In this document: piece by piece, positions 21,415 through 31,440 of the stretch
Layout: the number at the start of each line of letters is the position of its first letter
Numbering within the stretch: position 1 is the first letter of the stretch
Assembly: GCA_018675635.1 (NCBI GenBank)
Contig: JABGXU010000008.1
Location: forward strand, 2,544 to 66,543
Length of the DNA: 64,000 nt
DNA from: Gammaproteobacteria bacterium
GTDB taxonomy: Bacteria > Pseudomonadota > Gammaproteobacteria > Poriferisulfidales > GCA-002705445
Reading direction: 5' to 3'
Position numbers and translations under genes: made by a program
The notes under the pieces: generated by a model
What the model saw: only the letters and a program-made list of their open reading frames with translations
What the model was told of the DNA's origin: nothing
Databases searched by the model: none

Positions 21415-22365
21415 ATGTCTGTTTATACACGACTTACAAAAGAAGAACTAGAGCAATTACTAAATCATTATGATATAGGTAATTTTATTGCAATTGAGGG
21501 TATCAATGAGGGTATTACAAACTCGAATTACTACTTAACTACTTCATCAGATAAATATATTTTAACAATATTTGAAGAGCCAAATTTAAATTTAGAATAT
21601 ACAATTGGATTAATGGATATATTATCAAAGAGTGAAATACCATGTCCAATACCTATAAAAACAAAAAAAGGTAAAAGTATAATTTCTGCAAAGAATAAAC
21701 CCTTGTCTATTTTTTCTCTGCTCCCCGGAAAAACTATTACAAATACTGTTCCATCAATAGATATGTGTAAACAAATAGGAGAAATAATTGCAAAGATTCA
21801 TGTCAAATCCAAGAAATTTACAAACCACGAAATAGGCTTAAGAGATGGAAAATGGTTTTTTAAGACAGCTGAAGAACTTCGTAGCGTTTTGTCATCTGAT
21901 GACATAAATTTAGTAAATAATGAATTAAAAAATCAAAATGAGTGTGATAATAAAAATTTACCAAAAGGTATTATTCACTCTGATTTATTTAGAGATAATG
22001 CAATGTTTGAAAATGGAGAACTTACTGGCGTTCTAGACTTTTATTATGCATGTAACGGATATTATCTATATGATCTAGCAATAATAGTGAATGACTGGTG
22101 TCTAAATGAAGATATGACAATTAATATTGATAAACAAAATGTTTTAATAGAATCTTATAGCAAAATTAGACAACTGGAATCTATAGAAATAGAATTTTGG
22201 CCAAACGCTTTAAGACATGCTGCATTAAGATTTTGGCTTTCAAGACTTCATGATAAACATCATCCATCAGAAGGAGAAATGACCCATCAATTAGATCCAG
22301 ATGAGTTTAAAAATATTTTAAAAGATAGAATAAGTAATAACTATTATTTAAAAACTAATGCTTAG
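21415..22365 (+). CDS. thrB: Homoserine kinase (APH-fold type, as Pseudomonas ThrB)
   Basis: IHSDLFRDNAMFENGELTGVLDFYYACNGYYLYDLAIIVNDWC is colinear with P. aeruginosa ThrB. It also has the same position next to polA. Confidence 0.8.
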   Translation: MSVYTRLTKEELEQLLNHYDIGNFIAIEGINEGITNSNYYLTTSSDKYILTIFEEPNLNLEYTIGLMDILSKSEIPCPIPIKTKKGKSIISAKNKPLSIFSLLPGKTITNTVPSIDMCKQIGEIIAKIHVKSKKFTNHEIGLRDGKWFFKTAEELRSVLSSDDINLVNNELKNQNECDNKNLPKGIIHSDLFRDNAMFENGELTGVLDFYYACNGYYLYDLAIIVNDWCLNEDMTINIDKQNVLIESYSKIRQLESIEIEFWPNALRHAALRFWLSRLHDKHHPSEGEMTHQLDPDEFKNILKDRISNNYYLKTNA

Positions 22366-22849
22366 TATTGTAAAAAAAATAGATTTCATAAATGAAAAAA
22401 TAGGTACATATACATCTTATTTATTAGTTCCAATGATATTTATAACTTTTTTTGTAGCCTTTATGAGATACGCATTAGATTTTGGAAGTATCGCTATTCA
22501 AGAACTTATAATATATTTGCACGCCTTAATTTTTTGTGTAGCTGCAGCATATACGTTAAAAAACAATATGCATGTAAGAATTGATATTTTTTATAATGAA
22601 TTTTCAGAAAATAAAAAAAAAATAATAAATTTTTACGGTACTATATTTTTATTGCTTCCAACATGCATAGTTATATTTACAACAAGTTTTAATTACGTTC
22701 TTTCTTCAATTTTACTTTTAGAATCGTCTAAAGAAGCAGGAGGACTTCCTTTCTTATATATTTTAAAATCATATATATTAATAATGTCTACTTTATTATT
22801 TTTTCAAGGAATCTCTGAATTAATTAAAAATTTACAAGGTCGCGAATAA
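22358..22849 (+). CDS. TRAP transporter small permease (DctQ-like)
   Basis: 163 aa with 4 predicted TM helices. It directly precedes the DctM-like gene. Confidence 0.7.
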   Translation: MLSIVKKIDFINEKIGTYTSYLLVPMIFITFFVAFMRYALDFGSIAIQELIIYLHALIFCVAAAYTLKNNMHVRIDIFYNEFSENKKKIINFYGTIFLLLPTCIVIFTTSFNYVLSSILLLESSKEAGGLPFLYILKSYILIMSTLLFFQGISELIKNLQGRE

Positions 22850-22851
22850 TA

Positions 22852-24210
22852 ATGCTATCAATATTACTTTTTTTGCTGGTTATTTTTATTCTAATGCTTG
22901 GCTACCCTGTGGCATTTACTTTATCTGGGGTGTCTTTAATTTTTGCTCTTTTATGCAGCTTTACAAATAATTTTGATCTTTCATTGTTATATGCTTTACC
23001 AAGTAGAATATTTGGCATTATTACTAACGAAACTCTACTAGCTATTCCAATGTTTATATTTATGGGTATTATGCTTGAAAAATCCAAAATTGCAGAAAAT
23101 CTTTTAGAGTCTATGTCTAGCTTGTTTCAAAAAATTAATGGTGGACTTGGAATTTCTGTAATAATTGTTGGAGCACTTCTAGCTGCTAGCACTGGCATTG
23201 TTGGAGCTACCGTTGTAACTATGGGCCTTCTATCCTTACCTACAATGTTAAAACAAAACTATGATGTTAAAGTAGCAACAGGAACTATATTAGCATCTGG
23301 CACATTGGGACAAATTATACCTCCCTCTATTATTTTAATACTTTTAGGAGATGTGATTTCTTCTTCATACCAAGAAGCCCAAAATATGTTAGGTATATTT
23401 TCCCAAGAAAGTGTTTCTGTTGGGGATTTATTTGCAGGCGCTATTTTTCCTGGACTAATTTTAGTTGGTTTTTATATTTTATATATATTATTTTTATCTA
23501 CCTTTAGAAAAGATTTAATACCAAAAAAAAAATTACAACTACATTTACGTTTTAAAATAATTCTTCTATCTTTAATAGCTCCCTTATTTTTAATATTAGC
23601 TGTTCTTGGCTCAATAATAATGGGTTTAGCTACACCAACAGAGGCGTCTTCTGTTGGAGCTATCGGCGCAATTATATTAGCTGGAACAAATAGAAAATTA
23701 AATTTAGATATTTTAAAAGGTGTTTTAGTTCAAGCTTCAAAAATTACTAGTATGATTTTTATTTTATTAATAGGAGCAACAATTTTTTCCCTTGTTTTTA
23801 GAGGGCTGGAAGGAGATGTATTTGTTCATGATATATTAACCAGCTTGCCTGGGGGAGTATATTCAAAATTATTTTTCGTTATGATGATAATTTTCTTTCT
23901 TGGTTTTATTTTAGATTTTATAGAAATCACATATGTTGTAATTCCTGTTGTTGCACCAATTCTTCTTGCTATGGGAGTTAACCCTATATGGTTAGGTATA
24001 TTAATAGCAATAAATTTACAAACGTCTTTTTTAACTCCACCGTTTGGCTTTGCAATATTTTATTTAAAGAGTGTTATACCAAAAAATATTAAAACAGTTG
24101 ATATATATAGAGGAGTAATACCTTTTATTATTATTCAATTAATAACAATTTTAATAATAGTATTAATACCTGAAACAACTACATGGTTACCAAACAAAAT
24201 TTTTGGTTAA
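22852..24210 (+). CDS. TRAP transporter large permease (DctM-like)
   Basis: 452 aa polytopic protein with DctM-family motifs. Confidence 0.85.
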   Translation: MLSILLFLLVIFILMLGYPVAFTLSGVSLIFALLCSFTNNFDLSLLYALPSRIFGIITNETLLAIPMFIFMGIMLEKSKIAENLLESMSSLFQKINGGLGISVIIVGALLAASTGIVGATVVTMGLLSLPTMLKQNYDVKVATGTILASGTLGQIIPPSIILILLGDVISSSYQEAQNMLGIFSQESVSVGDLFAGAIFPGLILVGFYILYILFLSTFRKDLIPKKKLQLHLRFKIILLSLIAPLFLILAVLGSIIMGLATPTEASSVGAIGAIILAGTNRKLNLDILKGVLVQASKITSMIFILLIGATIFSLVFRGLEGDVFVHDILTSLPGGVYSKLFFVMMIIFFLGFILDFIEITYVVIPVVAPILLAMGVNPIWLGILIAINLQTSFLTPPFGFAIFYLKSVIPKNIKTVDIYRGVIPFIIIQLITILIIVLIPETTTWLPNKIFG

Positions 24211-24260
24211 TTTTTTCTTTTTAGTTACTTAACTCATCTTGTTTTGTAGTAACTCCACCG

Positions 24261-24343
24261 TCCCAGCCTTCAGAAACATCTGTATATGCAGTATCTTTTA
24301 TTCCCAACCTTCAGAAACATCTGTATATGCAGTATCTCTTATA
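24261..24343. repeat. 41-bp tandem direct repeat (2 copies, ~3 mismatches) spanning the stop codon of the 24298..24918 gene
   Basis: Copy 1 is at 24262-24302 and copy 2 at 24303-24343 (CCCARCCTTCAGAAACATCTGTATATGCAGTATCT...). Confidence 0.8.
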
Positions 24344-24918
24344 AGCGTATAATTTGTGAAAGTATTTAAAGATACTATAGCAAAAAATACCCCAGCAGCA
24401 ATATAACTAAGTCTTTTATTTATTCTTTGATCTGTAGCTACTTTAATTTGATATATTACTGAACCTAGTGCTGTGTAAATACATATTGTGAAGAATATAA
24501 TCACTGGCATATATCTCATACCAAATTCTTGTATCCCATAAAATACAATAAATGTTCCATATGCAGCAACGAGAAAAGCTACATAAAAAAGAGAATCTGA
24601 AACTTTTGTATTTTTCACAAATGAATATAAAACATAGAGTCCAAATAATGCATTAACAAATAGCCATATTACTCGAAGCTCTGGAGCTAGATCATAATCA
24701 AAATATGCTGGTTCAGCTTTTGCATTTAACATAAAACCAGGGTCTTTTAAAGCTCCACCAACAGCTATTGCATTCATTACACCCAGAGAAAATAAAATTA
24801 TTTTCCCAATTTTCGCCTTATTAAATTTTAAAGCAAAAAATATAATTTGCCCCGCAGTTATAGCATTTAGTAATAATATTACATTGTAAATCCATTGATT
24901 CGATAGTATTTGTAGCAT
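24298..24918 (-). CDS. Hypothetical polytopic membrane protein (206 aa, ~6 TM)
   Basis: Hydrophobic throughout. I recognise no family motif. It lies downstream of the TRAP SBP gene on the same strand. Confidence 0.4.
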   Translation of the reverse strand: MLQILSNQWIYNVILLLNAITAGQIIFFALKFNKAKIGKIILFSLGVMNAIAVGGALKDPGFMLNAKAEPAYFDYDLAPELRVIWLFVNALFGLYVLYSFVKNTKVSDSLFYVAFLVAAYGTFIVFYGIQEFGMRYMPVIIFFTICIYTALGSVIYQIKVATDQRINKRLSYIAAGVFFAIVSLNTFTNYTLIRDTAYTDVSEGWE

Positions 24919-24996
24919 TTTTTTTCCCCAAATATTTCTTTTTTAATTTTATAGTATATTATCTTATTAAACGCCTTTGGTACAGCATTTCTATTT

Positions 24997-26067
24997 TTAA
25001 ATATCTAAATAAGCTTTTATTGATATATCGTTCCAATTCTTAGTTTTTTCCTGAAAAGAAGTATATGAATTATAAACTTCTTTTGCAAAATTATTTTTTA
25101 AAGACAATTCTTTTACTACTGTTTTTGAAATATTATACAATTCCTCTAAAACTTCCTTTGGATATGGTCTTATTTCAACTTTATGCTTATTTTGTAATAT
25201 CTGCAAAGCATCATTATTTCTAGAAATATACTCGCATAACATGTCAAGATTAGCAATTTTTGCGGCTCCTTTTACTATTTCTTTTAAATCCTCTGGAAGC
25301 TCAGCAAATTTATTTTTATTTATAAAGCATTCTAAAGTTGTGCCTGGTTCATGCCAACCTGGATAGTAATAATATTTAGCTGCTTTATGTAAACCAAATG
25401 CAAGATCGTTGTAAGGGTTCACCCATTCAGTAGCATCTATTGTGCCAGTTTTTAAAGCTGTAAATAATTCTCCACCAGGAAGATTTACGGGGGTACCACC
25501 CGCTCTTCTTAAAACTTCCCCCCCAAGACCAGGTATTCTCATTTTTAAACCTTTGAGATCGCTCAATGAATTAATTTCCTTATTAAACCAGCCTCCCATT
25601 TGCACGCCAGTATTACCTGCGGCCATAGGGACTAAATTAAAATCAAAATAAGCTTGTTCCCAAAGTTTTAGACCGCCACCTTTATATAACCAAGCATTCA
25701 TTTCATTTGCTGTCATACCAAAAGGTACTGTGGAAAAAAATTGAAAGATATCATTTTTTCCTTTCCAATAATATGCAGAACCGTGTCCAAGTTCAGCGAC
25801 GCCACTTGATACAGCATCAAATATTTCAAATGCTGGAACTAACTCTCCTGCTCCATAAACTGTTACCTTAATTCTACCGCCAGACAATTTTTGTATTAGT
25901 TCAGCTAAATATTCTGCTCCAGTACCCAAACCTGGAAAATTTTTTGGCCATGTTGTTACCATTTTCCAATTATATTCTGGTTTATAATTATTTGCTTTTA
26001 ATACTACGGGAATAGAACCAAGCAATGCGATACTGCTAAATTTTTTAAAAAAATCTCTTCTCTTCAT
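24997..26067 (-). CDS. TRAP transporter substrate-binding protein (DctP family, COG4663-like) with Tat signal
   Basis: RRDFFKK twin-arginine signal and the WKMVTTWPKNFPGLG...GHGSAYYW region, typical of COG4663 SBPs. Confidence 0.8.
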   Translation of the reverse strand: MKRRDFFKKFSSIALLGSIPVVLKANNYKPEYNWKMVTTWPKNFPGLGTGAEYLAELIQKLSGGRIKVTVYGAGELVPAFEIFDAVSSGVAELGHGSAYYWKGKNDIFQFFSTVPFGMTANEMNAWLYKGGGLKLWEQAYFDFNLVPMAAGNTGVQMGGWFNKEINSLSDLKGLKMRIPGLGGEVLRRAGGTPVNLPGGELFTALKTGTIDATEWVNPYNDLAFGLHKAAKYYYYPGWHEPGTTLECFINKNKFAELPEDLKEIVKGAAKIANLDMLCEYISRNNDALQILQNKHKVEIRPYPKEVLEELYNISKTVVKELSLKNNFAKEVYNSYTSFQEKTKNWNDISIKAYLDI

Positions 26068-26081
26068 AATGTGTTCCTATT

Positions 26082-28232
26082 TCATAAAACTTCTAGATTA
26101 GCAATTGCTAAAATTAACCATTTATTTCCTACTTCATCAAAAGATACCTGCACCCTAGTATTTGCATCAGAACCCTCTGTAGAAATAACTACTCCCTCTC
26201 CAAATTTTCTATGTGCAACTCTTTTCCCCATAATAGAATTTTGTTTAACAATATGTTGACTACCTAAAGAATTTTCCTTATTAAAAAATCTTTTTGGATT
26301 ATATCCAATTTCTTCAACCACTTCTTTAGGAATTTCATTCAAAAATCTTGATGGCAAGCAATAATTTTCTGAGCCATATTGTCTTCTCATTTGTGCGTGA
26401 GAAATATAAAGCTTCTTACGAGCTCTTGTAATACCAACATAACAAAGTCTTCTTTCTTCCTCTAAGTTTTCTTCCTCTAATGACATTCTACTGGGAAATA
26501 AATTTTCTTCCAGCCCCACTAAAAAAACTATAGGAAATTCAAGACCTTTAGATGAATGCAATGTCATTAATTGAACACATTCATCCCAATCATTACCCTG
26601 TCCTTCACCTGATTCTAATGAAGTATGAGTTAAAAAAGCCTCTAATATAGTTTCATCAGCATCTATATCCTCATTTAAAAATTCTTGGGCTGCAGAAACT
26701 AATTCATCTAAATTTTCTATTTTTGAGCGAGCTTGTTCAGTTTTATTTTTTTCATACATTTCTTTAATTTTTATAATTTTTATAATCTCTTTTATTTGAT
26801 CAGGCAATTCATCTTTTTGCAAAATACTATTTATTGTATTAATTAAATTATAGAATTCTAATAAAGAATCTTTAGCTTTTTTTGAAAAAATATTTTTTCC
26901 ACATGCCAGTGGTATAGATTCATATAAAGATAAATTTTCTCTTTTAGAAAAATCTCTTAATAAAGATTTTGTTTTTTCTCCAATGCCTCTTGAGGGCATA
27001 TTTACTACTCTCTCAAAAGAGTTATCATCTTTGTTACTTACAGAGAGTCTCATATAAGCTAATACATCTTTAATTTCTGCTCTTTCGAAAAATCTAAATC
27101 CACCATAAATTTTATAAGGAATACCTTTTGCAATAAGTTTTTCTTCAAAAACCCTAGATTGCGCATTAGATCTATACAATATTGCAATTTCGTTTCTTTT
27201 AAAATCTTCTGATATATGATTTTCAATTGTTTCTATAACAAATGTTGCTTCACCAATCTCATTATTTGCTGAAAAAATTTTTATAGGATCGCCACTTTTA
27301 TCTTCAGTCCATAAATTTTTTCCCATTCTTGACTTGTTATTTAATATCACGCTATTAGCAGCAAGCAATATATTCCCTGTAGATCTATAATTCTGTTCCA
27401 GTCTAAAAACTTTTATATCATTAAAATCTTTTTGAAATTTTTTGATATTTTCAACTTTTGCTCCTCTCCAACCATATATTGACTGATCATCATCGCCTAC
27501 AGCAAACATAGATGTATTTTTACTAGACATAGTTTTTATTAATTCATATTGAATGGTATTTGTATCCTGGAATTCATCTATAAGAATAACCCCAAATAAA
27601 TTATGGTAGTACAACTGAACTTCTTTATTTTTTTTCAACAACTCTAAAGTTCTTAAAATAATTTCCCCAAAATCAACTAATCCACTGCTATTACAATATT
27701 CTTCGTATAGCTTGTAAATTTTATTGTATTGTATGCTTATAAAATCATCATCTTTAATCTTATTACTTCTTATACTTTGGTCCTTCTTTTTATTTATAAA
27801 CCAAGCAACTTGTTTGGGTAAAATTTGAGAATTATCAATTTCTTGCTCTTTCATTATTCTTTTAATAATTCTTACCTGATCATCTGTATCAATTACTTGA
27901 AAACTTTTTGGTAATAAAGCTTTTTGGTAATTAGCCCTTAAAATTCTATAACATACTCCATGAAATGTACCTACCCACATACTTTCAATACTAATATTTA
28001 AGCTACTAGATAATCTATTTTTAATTTCCTTAGCTGCTTTATTCGTAAAAGTTACAGCTAATATCGAATAAGGTGAAAAATCATTGTCTTCAATTAACCA
28101 TAGGATTCTTTGTATTAAAACTTTTGTCTTTCCGCTGCCTGCTCCTGCTATTACTAAACTATTCTGCGATATGTTACAGACAGCATCTCTTTGTGCTTCA
28201 TTAAGTTCATTAAGATTAGTATTAGAATTCAT
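26082..28232 (-). CDS. uvrD: DNA helicase II
   Basis: GAGSGKT Walker A, UvrD/Rep motifs, and the C-terminal tail FGEGVVISTEGSDANTRVQVSF...KWL as in E. coli UvrD. Confidence 0.85.
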   Translation of the reverse strand: MNSNTNLNELNEAQRDAVCNISQNSLVIAGAGSGKTKVLIQRILWLIEDNDFSPYSILAVTFTNKAAKEIKNRLSSSLNISIESMWVGTFHGVCYRILRANYQKALLPKSFQVIDTDDQVRIIKRIMKEQEIDNSQILPKQVAWFINKKKDQSIRSNKIKDDDFISIQYNKIYKLYEEYCNSSGLVDFGEIILRTLELLKKNKEVQLYYHNLFGVILIDEFQDTNTIQYELIKTMSSKNTSMFAVGDDDQSIYGWRGAKVENIKKFQKDFNDIKVFRLEQNYRSTGNILLAANSVILNNKSRMGKNLWTEDKSGDPIKIFSANNEIGEATFVIETIENHISEDFKRNEIAILYRSNAQSRVFEEKLIAKGIPYKIYGGFRFFERAEIKDVLAYMRLSVSNKDDNSFERVVNMPSRGIGEKTKSLLRDFSKRENLSLYESIPLACGKNIFSKKAKDSLLEFYNLINTINSILQKDELPDQIKEIIKIIKIKEMYEKNKTEQARSKIENLDELVSAAQEFLNEDIDADETILEAFLTHTSLESGEGQGNDWDECVQLMTLHSSKGLEFPIVFLVGLEENLFPSRMSLEEENLEEERRLCYVGITRARKKLYISHAQMRRQYGSENYCLPSRFLNEIPKEVVEEIGYNPKRFFNKENSLGSQHIVKQNSIMGKRVAHRKFGEGVVISTEGSDANTRVQVSFDEVGNKWLILAIANLEVL

Positions 28233-28233
28233 T

Positions 28234-29766
28234 TTATTGCGTTATTTCAATTAATATCATTAAAAAAAGAATAATAAACAAAATCATATTTTTTAATTGA
28301 GATCTTTTAATCTTAGATTTTAAGCTTTCTAGCTCTTTTTGTTGGGAATCATTATTTAATTTATCTTTAATCATAGATAATGTTTCAGGAAATTCTGTTA
28401 TCTCATTAATAAATTTTGGGCTACTCTTAGATAATTTTTTAATTAAAGAAGATATACTCCTATTATCTTTAGTCCATTTTTCAAAAAAAGGTTTAGCTGT
28501 TACCCATAAATCAAGATCTGGGTATAAGTCTCTTCCGAGACCTTCTACATTCAACAAAGTCTTCTGCAGTAAGACTAATTGGGGTTGAACATTCATATTA
28601 AATTGTCTTGCGACAGAAAATAATCTTAGTAATAAATTTCCAAAAGATATTTCTCTTAAAGGCTTCTCAAATATAGGCTCACAAACACTTCTGATTGAAT
28701 TCTCAAACTCATCTACTCTAGTATCTTTACCAACCCATCCCGAATCAACATGTAATTCTGCAACTCTTTTATAGTCCCTTTGAAAAAAAGCTTGAAAATT
28801 TAAAGCTAAATACCTTTGGTCGCTCTCAGACAAAGACCCCATAATCCCAAAATCTACTGCACAATACTTTGGGTCTTCAGGATTTTCGTAAGAAACAAAT
28901 ATATTGCCCGGATGCATATCTGCATGAAAAAAATTATGCTGGAATACCTGTGTAAAAAATATCTCAACCCCTTTTTCAGCTAATCTTTTAATATTTATAT
29001 TCTGTTTATTTAATTCCGCTATATTGCTAATCTGAATACCAAAAATTCTTTCCATAACTAAAACATTCTGCCTGGTATATTCCCAATATATTTCTGGAAC
29101 ATACAAATATGTTGAATTTGTAAAATTTCTTTTTAAAAGATTTGCATTTGAAGCTTCTCTTATAAGATCTAATTCTGCAAAAATAACTTTTTCGTATTCA
29201 TTAACAATCTCTAATGGCTTTAGTCTTTTAGACTCTTTCCAGAATTTATTAATTATTTTTGCAATAAAATACATTAAATGAATGTCTTTCTGAATAAGTC
29301 TTCTAATTCCAGGTCTTAATACTTTTACAACAACATCTTTACCATCTAACTTTGCTGCATGTACTTGAGCAACTGATGCTGAAGCTAGAGGCGCTAAATC
29401 AAATTCATCAAAAACATCATTTACATTATTTCCTATTGCTAATTCGATAGCTTCCTTAGCCTCTTCTCCTGGAAATGGAGTAACATCATCTTGTAATTTA
29501 ACTAACTCCTTCGCAATATCATTAGGAAGTAAATCTTTTCTTGTTGATATAGCTTGCCCTAATTTTACAAATATAGGGCCTAATTCCTCAAATGTTTTTT
29601 TTATCCTTACTCCTCTCTCAAGAGAATTATTTCTTATCCATAAAGCAGGGACAAAAATCCTAAGTATTTTTATAAGCCATAAATACTTAAAATCAAAAAG
29701 GTCCTTATCTAATGAATTTCTCATTATAATAATATAAATTTTTATTAATCTAATTATTTGAATCAT
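28234..29766 (-). CDS. ubiB: Ubiquinone biosynthesis regulatory protein kinase UbiB
   Basis: ELGPIFVKLGQAISTRKDLLP ABC1-kinase motif and the C-terminal TM segment. Confidence 0.9.
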   Translation of the reverse strand: MIQIIRLIKIYIIIMRNSLDKDLFDFKYLWLIKILRIFVPALWIRNNSLERGVRIKKTFEELGPIFVKLGQAISTRKDLLPNDIAKELVKLQDDVTPFPGEEAKEAIELAIGNNVNDVFDEFDLAPLASASVAQVHAAKLDGKDVVVKVLRPGIRRLIQKDIHLMYFIAKIINKFWKESKRLKPLEIVNEYEKVIFAELDLIREASNANLLKRNFTNSTYLYVPEIYWEYTRQNVLVMERIFGIQISNIAELNKQNINIKRLAEKGVEIFFTQVFQHNFFHADMHPGNIFVSYENPEDPKYCAVDFGIMGSLSESDQRYLALNFQAFFQRDYKRVAELHVDSGWVGKDTRVDEFENSIRSVCEPIFEKPLREISFGNLLLRLFSVARQFNMNVQPQLVLLQKTLLNVEGLGRDLYPDLDLWVTAKPFFEKWTKDNRSISSLIKKLSKSSPKFINEITEFPETLSMIKDKLNNDSQQKELESLKSKIKRSQLKNMILFIILFLMILIEITQ

Positions 29767-29767
29767 A

Positions 29768-30337
29768 TTATTTAAGCTTATTTAATTTTACATCCATTAC
29801 TTCTATTTTGTTTCGCAATAAATCTACATCCTTGACATATTTATTAATTGAATCTTTAGATGGAATAATATCTGTCTCATCATCAATATATTCTTTAAGG
29901 TTTCGAAATAAACTATCTTCTACTTCATTTGTTTTATTCTTAAGAAAACTAAAAAATTTTGAGGAATAAAATGCTGCGTCATCATTTATATATTCTGCAA
30001 TAATTTGCTCCCAATCGATTTCTATTTTAGATAATAGATTAGAAAAACTGTCTGCTAATGATGCATTCCCTGAGATTTTTATTGTATGATTAGTATTAAT
30101 ATTTTTAATATAATTTAAAAATGCAATTGGGCTTCCTTCTAACACTAAATCTGGATCTGATTCAATAATTTTATGTAACTCTATGGTGCTGTTTACTACT
30201 TTAATATACAAAATAGTTTGTGTATTTTGTAAATTTATAAAAATATTTTTATCATTTAATTGAGAAAATTCTTTTTTTTCTAAATTACTATTTTCAATAG
30301 CTATCTGAATAAATTTATTAATTTTTTTACTAATCAT
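29768..30337 (-). CDS. ubiJ: Ubiquinone biosynthesis accessory factor UbiJ (SCP2-like)
   Basis: Assigned by position between ubiE and ubiB and by its size. Confidence 0.6.
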   Translation of the reverse strand: MISKKINKFIQIAIENSNLEKKEFSQLNDKNIFINLQNTQTILYIKVVNSTIELHKIIESDPDLVLEGSPIAFLNYIKNINTNHTIKISGNASLADSFSNLLSKIEIDWEQIIAEYINDDAAFYSSKFFSFLKNKTNEVEDSLFRNLKEYIDDETDIIPSKDSINKYVKDVDLLRNKIEVMDVKLNKLK

Positions 30338-31096
30338 TTATATTCTATAACCTTTATGTATGGACACTACTCCTAATGATAAATTATTATATTGGCAATT
30401 TTTGAAATTTGTTTTTTCCATTAATTTTAACAGTTCTTTTTGCGATGGGTGCATTTCAATTGATTCTGCTAAATATTTGTAACTATCTTCATCTTTAGCA
30501 ACATACTTACCTAAATAAGGAATAAAGTTTTTTAAAAATATATTATATGGTTTTTCAATAATTTTTTCTGCTTTCGAAAACTCAAGTATTTGTATAGAAC
30601 CACCTGGCTTTAATGTCCTATATATAGATTGTAAAGCCTTTTCAATATTAGCTGTATTTCTTAAACCAAAAGCTATTGTTACATGGTTAAAACTTTCATC
30701 TTCAAATGATAATTCTTGCGCATCTGCCTGCACATAAGTAATATTTTTAAATATTCCAGAATTAATAAGATTATCTCTACCTTTATTAAGCATAGAATAA
30801 TTTATATCACATGATATAACTTCGCCTTCATCTCCAACTGCTTTACTTATAAGTTTAGATATATCTCCAGTACCTGATGCTAGGTCAAGAACTCTGTCAC
30901 CAGATTTTATATGTGAACATAATAAAAAATAGTGTTTCCAAACTCTGTGTAAACCAAATGACATTAAATCATTCATAAGATCATATTTTTCAGTAACAGA
31001 CGTAAAGACATTGTTTACCAATGAAGTTTTTTGAGTTTCTGAGACTTTTTTATATCCAAAATTAGAGTTATTTTTATTATTGTTTAACTCGTTCAT
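30338..31096 (-). CDS. ubiE: Ubiquinone/menaquinone C-methyltransferase
   Basis: FTSVTEKYDLMNDLMSFGLHRVWK and SAM-binding motifs. Confidence 0.9.
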   Translation of the reverse strand: MNELNNNKNNSNFGYKKVSETQKTSLVNNVFTSVTEKYDLMNDLMSFGLHRVWKHYFLLCSHIKSGDRVLDLASGTGDISKLISKAVGDEGEVISCDINYSMLNKGRDNLINSGIFKNITYVQADAQELSFEDESFNHVTIAFGLRNTANIEKALQSIYRTLKPGGSIQILEFSKAEKIIEKPYNIFLKNFIPYLGKYVAKDEDSYKYLAESIEMHPSQKELLKLMEKTNFKNCQYNNLSLGVVSIHKGYRI

Positions 31097-31436
31097 ATCC
31101 AGCTTCCTTTAATTTTTTCAAATAATTATTCCATCTTTCTGCATAAGTACTGCTTAGCTCATACAAATAATCCCATGAATAAATACCTGTATCATGGCCA
31201 TCATCATATATTATTTGTATTGCATAATTTCCAACTGGAACAATATTTTGAATCGAAACATTTTCTTTTCCTACCTGTAATTTTTCTTGTCCTGGAGCAT
31301 GGCCCATAACTTCAGCAGAAGGCGAATAAACTCTTAAGTATTCAGCTGCTAAATCAAAAGATTTATCAGAATATTTAAGCGTAATATAAGCAGATTGCTG
31401 GTGTAGATTTATTTCTACAGGAATATTCTCGGCCAT
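31077..31436 (-). CDS. DUF971-like protein (gamma-butyrobetaine hydroxylase N-terminal-like domain)
   Basis: ...LRVYSPSAEV...NYAIQIIYDDGHDTGIYSWDYL resembles the DUF971 pattern LR-x-CPCAEC ... DGH-x-GIY. The Cys positions read S/S/V here. Confidence 0.5.
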   Translation of the reverse strand: MAENIPVEINLHQQSAYITLKYSDKSFDLAAEYLRVYSPSAEVMGHAPGQEKLQVGKENVSIQNIVPVGNYAIQIIYDDGHDTGIYSWDYLYELSSTYAERWNNYLKKLKEAGYERVKQ

Positions 31437-31440
31437 GCAT

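Noticed and set aside
24221-24254. Inverted repeat AGTTACT…AGTAACT after dctM as a terminator
   Set aside because: The loop is 18 nt and no U-run follows, so it is weak. It is more likely part of the convergent-gene spacer.
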